Shown: positions 1-10,340 of the stretch, one piece after another
Position numbering within the stretch: position 1 is the first letter of the stretch
Layout of the letters: every line of letters begins with the position of its first letter
NCBI GenBank assembly: GCA_002269645.1
Contig: NIVC01001319.1
Location: forward strand, 1-64,000
DNA: 64,000 bases
Reading direction: 5' to 3'
From: Macrostomum lignano
Taxonomy: Eukaryota
Position numbers and translations under genes: made by a program
Notes under the pieces: model-generated
Seen by the model: only the letters and a program-made list of their open reading frames with translations
Told to the model about the DNA's origin: nothing
The model's database searches: none

Positions 1-2578
1 AGGACACAAACTGAAGTTAAAACAAAGACTAAAAATTATCAATTAAAAGCCGACTGAAAGAAAGGAAGACAAAAAATGACTGAAAATCAGACTTGCATTT
101 GTATTTTATAGCTAAGCAATGGAGCAATGCTAATATTCTATAGCCAATAAAGGAGGCGCAGAAATCGCCTACTTGCTACTGCGGCCAGTAGTCTGTTGAA
201 AAATTTTGGCCACAGAATCGAAGTCCAAGCTGGAGGCAGCGTCAACAAACAGTTTTGCACCGTTGCTGGCACGCTTAAATTAGCAAACGGTATGCCAGTC
301 TCTGTCAAGGCAACTTCGTCTGGCCGGAAATCGATAAACCGATTGCGCAACAACACAGTCTTGGTCACGGCTCGGTAGGCGGTGCCATCCGTGTTGGCAA
401 ACAGCCAGAACACGTAGGAAGATGTGAACAGGTGCAGCAGCAGTGGGGTGGCCAGGAGAACAGGCCCAGACCTCCAATGAGCACAGCATCCACCGCTCCG
501 CCCTGCCAGCCATGATAACAAAGGCCTGGCCGCACAGCCCAGCACTGCTTGTGGCCAGCGAGAAAGCTTTCACGCCTCGAACCATCGCATTCTTGGGGCC
601 CCGGTAAACTAAACGATAGTTGGAGCCGGCAAGCTGCTCTTCTGCTTGGCTTGCCTGGCACAGGGACCTCTGGCTAGATTGACAGCTGGGTGGTAAACTC
701 AAAAAGTTTGAATGGGTAGAAATTCTGATGATGGCTCTTGATGCAGACAGCATTGCAGAAGCAATGAAGCTGAAAGTAGTCAGAAATAAAACTAAGTCGA
801 ATGGACAGTGAAATTTTAGACTTTGTGCATATTATGCATCCATGATTTTTATACAATCTATAAGGAATAATGTAAAATGATTGAATGAGGTTCGAAACAT
901 CAACTGTGGTGATGATGAAGATTTAATATGAAATATTACTGCACAAGAAAACTACTTAACCCTCTCGATTTTAAACTGCCAAATAAGTTTTATTCATTTT
1001 TTGGCTAAAATTAATTAGTTGATATTCTCCCTAAATCTACTTATAAATCATTGTTAACTGTCACTACTCAATTTTTTTTTATTTTGCCTTTAAAATTAAC
1101 AAAACAACAAAAAAGATCTCTTTTATTGAATGCAGAGTTTTATTTTCATAGGATTTCATACAGGAAAGATATAATCATTCTAGTCTGATTATCAAGTCCA
1201 TGGAGAGAACTCAGCTTTATATCTTAAGTCAAAAGCAAGCATTTGGTATGGAATAAGCAAGTGCTAGCATAGTAATGGATCCAAATATTTGGATTTGAAA
1301 TCAAAATGCATAAAATGTCTAACTTTTTTAGACATTTGAATGTTTTGAATTTAAAAATATTTCCAAATATCTGAAAATGTGCTTCTAAATATGAAAAAAT
1401 TCAAGAAACCAAAAAAATGTAAAAATTAAAGAATAAAACTTTTGAAAGAAGACAGTACATTAAAAATTAAAATACTAAGTTTTATATTTTATTGTTCATT
1501 TTTACAATTGACAGTTTTTGCAATGGCATATATAGTTATAGTTATCAAAAATGTTATTAAACTTTGGGACCTTTTAAGGCATTAAGCCTGAAGTTGAAAA
1601 GTTTTTTAGGTAATCATTTTTAAGTGTAATCATAACTTAGCTTTTCAAAATGCAAATGCATAGACTATACAATATATATTTATGCATTGCATTATACATG
1701 TATTGTACTTTGAAATTAATTATCTGGATTCATCATTCATTTATGTGAGAGAGTTTACAAGAACAATTCTTAGCACAAATATAGCCATGAACATAGTACA
1801 TAATAGAATACAATATAATATAATACATAATACAATAATATATATATAGGCCAAAAGGCCTAAAATATGCAGAGGGGCCTAACATAGGCCTAGTAAACAA
1901 AGTTACCATTATTTTAAAGTGCTAGGCCTAAAATTGAGAGTTGCAATTAATAGTGATCACATTTAGGCCCTAAAGGTTCACTGATTCAATAATTGGCTAA
2001 TTGATGAAGTGGGTTGAGGGCATTCCATCTTATATACTAAATCTGAAAATGTTTGTAACTTTGTTTATAAGTTTCGCATCTCCTCTTGAACCACTTGGTA
2101 GATTTTCGTCAAATTTGTTTCATTCGATGTGGAATTCTACTGGGCCCATGTGGTCTAATTTTCATTTTGATGTTGTAGTGTGAAGCCTCTGAAATTGGAG
2201 AAATACTGTACTTCGCCTATCTAATTAGTGTATTTTTCTCGCAGTCAGAGTTAAATTTTCAATTTTATATCTATGGTGGTCCGTGAAGTTGACTACGCGG
2301 CCGCAGCATCAGCAGCAGCAGCAGCGGCGGCTCGAGTCTAAATAAAGTCTTTCAATATATAAAGCTAATTATATAGTGTATTTTTCTCGCATTGATTTTA
2401 TAACCTTGAAGTTCTTTAAGGTGAGTTCAACCGGTGAGTTCAACCGGTGAGTCTGTTCAACTTCGATTCATTCATATTCGTGCTGGATTGGAGTGATTTG
2501 TCTGATCTTCTGTTTGTTTGTTTGTCGGCCTGAACCGGTTGACCAGTCTCAACAATTTCATGTGAATGTGTCTCTTAG

Positions 2579-2941
2579 TTTTTGATACCTGGGCGATTAA
2601 TCATTAAGGAATTGCGAAACAATATCTTACAATGTCAAATTGCTGCTGGTCAATTCAAAGGCGAAACAGTTTTGTTGCCGCGCGTACCATTGATACCAAG
2701 TAATTTGGATCTACCTGTTAAGTTCAGAAGGCTACAATTTCCTCTACGACCCTGTTTCTGCATGACTATTCATAAAGCACAAGGCCAATCCCTTGACGTA
2801 GTTGGAATTGACCTTGCAGGTAGCTGTTTTGTGCATGGACAGCTCTACACTGCACTTTCCAGAGCAAAAAATGTTTGTAATGTTTGAGTTCGAATGTGCG
2901 GCAAAAGAACCAAAAATATCGTTTACCCAGAAGTTTTTTGA
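2579..2941 (+). pseudogene. C-terminal fragment of a PIF1-family (Helitron RepHel) helicase
   Basis: VLLPRVPLIPSNLDLPVKFRRLQFPLRPCFCMTIHKAQGQSLDVVGIDL...FVHGQLYTALSRA; after a frameshift it ends TKNIVYPEVF*, the typical RepHel C-terminus. Confidence 0.88.
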
Positions 2942-3244
2942 ATTGGACGTCTTTATTATCTATTAATAATTTTTTATAATTCAATTTAAAAAAAATATGT
3001 TGCTATTTTACTATGAGCCACAATTAAATATTGAAAGTGCATGCTGTCACGCAAAACGTCTATGAGAAATGTGTGTCCTGAAACTGTATTTTTCGCGGAA
3101 TGCATAAGCTTGAGATGCATTTCTAGCTTAAGATGAATTTCTAGCTGCAAGTAGTAAATTCCATTAAATTTGTCTTCATCGTTATGTTAAAAGATGGCAA
3201 GCAAGCTAAGCAAGTTAACGATTTCTTCTCTCTCTGTCGGTCCC

Positions 3245-4435
3245 ATGCACGGCGTAGTCTCCGGAATTACTTTGTTAAGAACTGAGGTAAGCTTCCATAA
3301 TTTGCTATTTTGCTTCATATATATACTTTTTTTAAAAAATCAATCCACTTAAACAACATCGTTTTTTACTAAACCAGATTAGGGATGGCAAGAAGAACAA
3401 ATGGTTTTCGTTTTTGATGTCAGATGAGTCAGGTGAAATCAGAGTGGCAGTTTTTGGCGATGAGTTGCAAGAACACTGGAGCATTTGCGAAAACGGGCAA
3501 ACAATCTCCATCTGTGAAGGAATGGTAAAGTGTGCTAATCCAAAATTCAACTGAACAAGCAATATGCATGAAGTTACTCTGTCAATCAATGAGGATAACA
3601 AGGACTCTCTCCGCCAGTGTAGCGATGCGATAGTTCCCATAAATGGTCCGTTCAAAGCGCTCTCCGAACTACCAAGAATTGGAGTGAATGGGTAAGTCCA
3701 TCCTCAAAATGTAGAATAAACAGGAAGATATATATACTTCACACATTTTCATTCTTCATATTTTCAGTTTTGTTGATGTTCTCGGTGTCATTGTCAAAGT
3801 GGAACAACCCGTTGACGTCAACACGCGTTCCGGAAAGTTGGTGCAGCTCGCAAAAGTCTGCATCGTAGACAAATCTGGTTTTCAGACTTTTTGCAACTTC
3901 TGGGACGCCTCTGCTACCCAGGTACATTTGTGGAGACCAGGAGACATAGTTGCTATTAGAAAAGCCAAGATTCAAGAGTACGCCGGCTCGCTTTGTCTTG
4001 GTTGCTCATCATCAACTATTTCGTATTCGCCTGTTCATGACACTGCTCAAGATCTGAAAACCTGGTACGAAGAGTCGAGAGCAGCACCAATTTCTACCGC
4101 TAGCTAATAGCTCAACTATGGACATTACTGACACCGCAGCTGACGACGTGCTTGCATTTGAATTCCTAGCATCGATGCAGCCGCATATCGACCGGATGCG
4201 TCGAGTTGTTATCCGCTGTGGAGCGCAACGGGTACTTATATATACATATGTATATTAACGGGTATGATTTGACTTTTTAATAGATTGTACTTGAAGAACA
4301 CATTAATACACTTTCCATTTTAGTACGTCGGCCTGTTGAACATTTGTAACGAATTCCTATGAAAGATGGAAAGCTTACGGGAAACTCCCTGAAAAATACG
4401 GGAATCTGCTACAACCCCAAGTAACCGAGGATATT
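3245..4435 (+). pseudogene. RPA70-like OB-fold (DBD-A/DBD-B) gene, copy 1, spliced
   Basis: GT-AG exons 3245-3286, 3378-3691, 3768-~4230, 4324-~4435. FSFLMSDESGEIRVAVF and FVDVLGVIVKV...IVDKSG...NFW...VAIRKAKIQEYAGSLCLGCSSST...AQDLKTWYEE parallel RPA70 DBD-A/B. Nonsense TGA at 3552-3554 and a frameshift near 4090. Confidence 0.8.
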
Positions 4436-5349
4436 TTATGGTTAAATAATTATTTAGGATATGCTGCAAGTAATTTTAGGTTGCTGTTTAAGTTAATTGT
4501 TGTCGATTACGTTAAGATTCAATGCTGCTGAAAATTTCAATTTGCTAGATCAAACTTTTGTTCTCAAACTTTCAAGCAAATTAACTACTACTTAAATTTG
4601 TTCCAGAATTTTTAATCGAATAAAACTAAACAACCCAACTAACTAAACTATACTAACTAACGAAATTCACCCGCAAAAATACAATTGTAACCTTATGCCA
4701 CATGCTAAAAGTAATAATTAAAAGCGAGTCTCTGAAATAAAAAGTGATAAGTTCGCCCGCAATAACTTCAACATGTCCATGGTCGGATGCTTTTCTTACT
4801 TGTTCTGTATATCAGCATACTTTTGAGTACAAAATGGACGTCAGTTTTATTTGATTGTTAATTTAGGCCTTAAAAATCCAATGGAAGATTGCATCTAATC
4901 CAAAGAGAACTGTACAGTCTCCCCCCAAAAGGGGGGGGGGGCAAATTCTCTAGTCCAATATACTAAAGTTGAAAATGCTTGTTTATATAATCTGCATCTC
5001 CTTTTTTTAAAGTGTTTGACGTATAGACATGGGATTTGCACCATTCGATGCAAAATTCTCCAGCAGTTGTGTATGACTAATAAAAACAGGGTGTCTAACC
5101 TTAAGAAATGGGTGAAAATGTACAAAAACCTGTTTTTTCCTATCTCTCCAATGTATTTTGACCTTGCTCCCTTGAATGATATAGTCTGTGGCAAAAACTG
5201 TGTATGTTAAAATTCTGCCAAGTAGCAACATGTATATTTTTCTATTTGTCTATTTGGGGCTAATATACTGCCTATGTTGAAATTCTACTAAACAGCTACC
5301 AGAGGTACATATTGCGCAGCTAAATAAACAATGAGAATATAGTCCGAAG

Positions 5350-5990
5350 CATCTAAAGAATGAGTATACAAGTGCACAATCTGACAGACAAGATGCCACG
5401 CGTGCTCATGCTGATGAACTGCAAGCTAATGAGACAGATGTAGAGCACTTGGCTAGAGTGAATGCTGTGCCTAGTTGCACTAAAAAAAGGTAAGCTGCTG
5501 AGACCAATGCTGAGCAACAGCCTCGCCTGAAATACAATAGAGTGCACAGAACTAAGGCACATTAATATTACTGGCCCAGGCGATGCTCGAGAAAGTGTTC
5601 CATTTCTGATGCAAGATAGAGTTCAGATCTCTCCAATCAGGGGTGGTGGAAACTGTTTTTTCTGGGCAGTAGCTTATCAGTTTGCAGGCATGCCATTGCA
5701 AATACTCAACCATTGCAAAGTTGGAAGCTTAATGGCTACTGCTGCATCCAGACTGTTAATGGAACAGGCAGAGATTTTGTAGTCACAAGGCCTGAAAGTT
5801 GACGAGATTGTTTATGACACTCGATAAGATTGCGTTTATGTGCACAATTTTGTCGTACCTCTACTTGACAGAGTATTTGACCACAACTTGGAAATATATC
5901 AGCTAGACGAACGTAATGCTAGCAAAATGAATCTTCTTCAAGCTTCATTATCAGCCACCAGGCCACCTCTTGCCATTGCTAGGTTGCTCT
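5350..5990 (+). pseudogene. STPR-like 23-aa repeats followed by an OTU-like cysteine protease domain (degenerate)
   Basis: ANETDVEHLARVNAVPSCTKKR*/AAETNAEQQPRLKYNRVHR has a 23-aa period; then QISPIRGGGNCFFWAVAYQF (OTU Cys box, GDGNC-like)...FDHNLEIYQ; several in-frame stops. Confidence 0.6.
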
Positions 5991-6078
5991 ATAGTATTTC
6001 AGTACTGTTATTGTGCCTCATATGTGCTCTACTCTATGAAACCATGCCACTTTAACACCACTTTTTTTACGAAACCAG

Positions 6079-7100
6079 ATACGAAATGGCACTAAGAACA
6101 AGTGGTTTTTGTTTGTGACTTCAGATGAATCAGGTGAAATCAGAGTGGCAGTTTTTGGCAATGAGTTGCAAGAACACTGGGGCATTTGTGAAAATGGACT
6201 TGCTATTTACATCCACAACGGAATGGTAAAGTGTGCCAACCCAAATTTCAATAGGACAAGCAATCCTTATGAAGTTACTCTGTCAATCACTGAGGACAAC
6301 AAGGACTCTGTACCAGTGTAGCAATGCAATAGTTCCCATTGTTTGTCCATTTAAAACACTGTCTAAACTACAGGGAATCGGATTAAATAGGTAAGTTCAT
6401 GCTGAAAACATTTGAATAAACAAGAGAATTTTTTATTTCACATATCCTTCATTTCCATTCCTCACATTAACAGTGTGGTCAATGTTCTCAGTTTTATTGT
6501 CAAAGTAAAGCAACCTGTTGACGTCAAGACGCATTCTAGAAAGTTGGTGCGGCTAGCAAAAGGTCAGCATAGTGGATAAATCTGGCTATCAAACAACTTG
6601 CAACTTCTGGGAAGCTTCTGCTTTTGAAGTACAATCATGGTGAACAGGAGATGTGGTGGCTATTCAAAAAGCTAAGATCCAAGAGTATTCTGGTTTGTTG
6701 TGCCTGAGCTGTTCTTCATCAACTATTTTATATTTGCTTATTGATGATATGGCTCAGGACCTACACAGCTGGTACGAAGAGCTCGAAAGCAGCACCAAAT
6801 TTGTACCACTAGCCAACAGCACTACAATGGACAGAACTGTTGATACTGCAGCCAATGGCGAACTGGCACTGGAATTCCCCGCATCGATGCAGTCGCATTT
6901 TGACTGGATGCATCGCATAGTTATCCGATATGGAGGAAAACAGGTAATTATTTGCCAGTATGATTTTACCTATAATTATTCTTACTTCAAAAATGCACAA
7001 ATGCACTTTTCATTTTAGTACATGGGCCTGCTGAATGTAATGAAGGATTGAAAAGTTTTGAAACACGTGAGTCTACTGCAACCCAAGCTACTGAGGATTG
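6079..7100 (+). pseudogene. RPA70-like OB-fold gene, copy 2 (more decayed)
   Basis: Exons 6079-6390, 6474-6943, 7019-~7100 align with copy 1 at the same intron positions; frameshifts and stops present. Confidence 0.8.
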
Positions 7101-7183
7101 CTTGCTAAAGATTTGTTTGAGTTTTTAACTACTGAGTTGTTAACTGAACATGACAAAAGTTTACATAGCTATTGATGCTGTTT

Positions 7184-7308
7184 TGTTTTGTGCATGGTCA
7201 ACTCTACACAGCCCTTTCCAGAGCAAAAAATGTTTTTCAAGTTCAAGTTTAGATGTTGGTTGTTGTCTAGTTAAAAAAAACGAAAATATTGTTTACCAGG
7301 AGGTCTAA
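7184..7308 (+). pseudogene. Second PIF1/Helitron helicase C-terminal fragment
   Basis: CFVHGQLYTALSRAKNV...ENIVYQEV*; near-identical to ~2825-2941. Confidence 0.78.
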
Positions 7309-7985
7309 ATAAACTAAAACTCAAAGCTCAAAAACTGTCTGTCTATTGGCTTCAATGCTCAATTATCTAAATTCATGACTTTCCTTTAAGCTGTGTTCAT
7401 ACATGCTCTTCTTGAAAAAATATGACATTATTTTATTATGATGTGCGATAAAAGGGCCTACTGAAAGTATATATTGTCACGCCAAATTCACTCACTCCTT
7501 CTATGGGAAAAGCTTCTCCTTACACTGTGTTATTTGCAAGTGCATAATCTTGAGATAGTGAGAATTGCTTGCTTGCTTGCTAACTAAAAAATGGTAGCAA
7601 GCTAAGCTTTAGTTAGGCCTAGTACATTTTGACAACATATTAAAGACAAAATTCTAATAGCAAACAAGTATAAGAAATTTGTCTTTACTTCATTTTTTAT
7701 AAACATAAAATACCACATTTTACTCATCAAACAGCATTGACCATTGTTACTCACATCTAGGCCAGCCTCATAGAGTCAGTTAGGCCTAGACCTAGTCAGT
7801 CTAGCAAAGGTCTAAAACATTAAACATACTAGACAATAGATATATCTTAATTCCCCACAGAACCCCCTTGACATATTACATATATATAGGCTCTGAGGAC
7901 TGAGTTGCAGATCTAGAATTCAACTTCGTCTTGACTTCTAAGTTTAACTTAATAAGAAAGGCAAAACATATCAAAATATTAGCTT

Positions 7986-8160
7986 TGGAAGTGGTTATTT
8001 TACGGCTGAGCCATAGATATAGCCAGCGAGGTAAGTAATACAGTAAGTAATACTTACGGCTCAGCCGTAATAATAACAATTTTTGACATTTCTACGGCCA
8101 GCCGTAAAAATTAGAATTTGGGCTATATCTACGGCTCAGCCGTAAAAATAACCACTTCCA
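7986..8160. mobile_element. 175-bp MITE with ~39-bp terminal inverted repeats and 7-bp TSD
   Basis: TIR TGGAAGTGGTTATTTT(T)ACGGCTGAGCC(A/G)TAGATATAGCC at 7986-8024 and 8121-8160; TTAGCTT at 7979-7985 and 8161-8167. Confidence 0.88.
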
Positions 8161-10340
8161 TTAGCTTTAGGTCTGCGTCTGCTTTCTATCAAAAGCAATA
8201 ACAATTTTATTATGAAAAAAGTCAAAATTTCCTATCTTCGTACTGAATTTTTCGGCAAAACAAGCCTCCTTAACTTTTTCTAAGAAGCGTAGTTTCCCAT
8301 CCTTAACTTGAGTTGAGTTTAGTCTTCTAAGAGTCTGAAAGAGTTGTGACGGGGGACTTGTGGAAAACTTCATTGTTTTACTATCATTTTTACTATCAGT
8401 AGACTACTACGTAAGTGTATCATATTTTGTATGAATTCTGTGTACGAGTACATTCATTGAATCGGCTTTTATATGTCGGCAAGTGATGAATTTTTAACAA
8501 ATCAATAATTTGCCCAGCGCCCATCGTAACTCTCAGCCAATTACAATTCGCTGTATCATCTATCGTTTTATATTAACTGTTCGTTTTTCGTCGCTACTCA
8601 AAAACAAATAAAAAACTTGGCCAACTAAGCAAGCAAAATATATCAATTCAATTGAATATTGGACTGCGCTATACTTGCATTTTTCTTCGGTCTTGTTCGG
8701 TCTTGTTCTGCCAAGGACTGCCAGATTAGATTCGTCACAGAGTCTTCTTCACACGCTGTCTCTTTAAATTGGCGCCTTTCAAAAAGCTAATTGTTGACTC
8801 AAAGCCGTGACTAATCTGACACTACGTATTAGGCCGTGGAATGATTGCTAAACCCTACACAAAAATTACCGAAGCGAAAACTAAAGTTTTTGTTACTAGC
8901 CAGCCTATGAACATATGACCTACACAATTAAAAATGCAATATCAAGACGCATGCTTGATAAACTCGAGTATTAAGACTGTATGTTCATTCAGTGATTCTG
9001 CGTGCGAGTTAAAGTTCATGAAAATTTCGTGCCTAAATTTAGTAGCTGTTATTATGCTTTAGACCCCAATGTATGCATATACCGCTCAAACAGCAGAAAA
9101 CTTAGAATTGCGCAGCATCTACGAATGAGTTCAGCTCGAAATTCGATCGTCGCGCGTTTTTGTGTAATGTATATACGTTGCACTGAACACTCGTACATTT
9201 TTTGTATTATTACAAGTAAAAATATTACGCGTCATTTCGCCCAAAAGTAATCAAAAAATCATTCGGCATAATTATTTAAAATCTAGAGGGCAATAGCTTT
9301 TCCAGCAGTTCTAAAGTTTAAATTCAAATTGAACGTTTCTACGATTCCTATAAGGACGTATGTTTTTTGCATAGGGATGATAGCTCTCAAATTTCAGAAG
9401 CCCATATTGATGTTGGTTTCGTGACCTTTCTAGCCCTCCAAGAAATTTAACAGTATGAAAAATTTTCTACGAGTAGTTGACAAACTCGATGCTTCATATG
9501 ACAATGTCTTTTGTCCATCCAATTTTTATCTCAAGAAAAGCAACTCATTAAAAGTCGATTCTTAAAAGCGCAATTCTCATTCATACGGCAATTCAATGTC
9601 GGACAGCTCACTGCTACATTTTAGACAAATTAATTTAACATACAGCACAGGTATTAACTGTGTAGTTTGTGTATATTTGAACCAGTTTTAATAAGCACTC
9701 CAACAATTCTAACAAAGTATAACTTAACTTTTTATCAATTCTCTTTACGAATTTAAAATTAGTGGAACAGAGAACTAAAGTGACAATTTACGTACTAGCA
9801 GTAGTATTGCTAATGATAATAAGTATAACAAAGTTATAACCTGTAAATACAAACGAATAAGTATGCTTGAATCTAGAGAAAACCACTCTAATTTAACAAA
9901 CAAGACGAACAGTAGCGATTGGACAGGGAGCGCGGACACTACAGGCCATGATGCGCTCAAATCTCGAACACCAGAAACAGCAAATTGGCAACTTTGTAAG
10001 CTTGCGATTCCTAGCTATTTAAGCAATTATGGTGAGTAGATTTCCAGTCACTTCACCTCGGTCTCGAGCTAGCAGATGGGGCGGTCAATGCAGAGAGGGG
10101 AACAGAAAAGCAAAAAAGCAACAACAGCAAAATGTGGAAAGAAAACTAGAAGAGAGCAAAACCAGGGAAGATTGGAAACATTCAACAGAATTAAACAGCG
10201 ATAAGAAATTTTAAACGAGAAACATCGAGTGACAATGATAGACCAACAGCCTCAGCAATATTCATCAGAGACCTGACGCTTTCTAATATAAGTTTAACGC
10301 TTTTCACTAAAACCATCAAAACTCATCATGACTTGTCAGC

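Larger units (their letters stand above)
2579..7610 (+). mobile_element. Rearranged, partly duplicated Helitron-type relic (helicase tail, RPA70-like gene, STPR/OTU, second RPA70-like gene, second helicase tail)
   Basis: Co-oriented Helitron-associated modules; the spacer after helicase tail 1 (~3030-3210) recurs after tail 2 (~7440-7610). Termini were not identified. Confidence 0.7.

Noticed and set aside
138-753. Overlapping GC-richer minus-strand ORFs
   Set aside because: No recognisable domain, start or splice frame; possibly a decayed fragment, so left uncalled
2296-2337. NotI (GCGGCCGC) and XhoI (CTCGAG) sites around a CAG run, resembling a cloning linker
   Set aside because: The middle is a natural CAG microsatellite and there is no other vector sequence
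4911-5210. Possible Tc1/mariner MITE (TA-CAGT start, C6-A4-G11 hairpin)
   Set aside because: The two ends are not convincing inverted repeats
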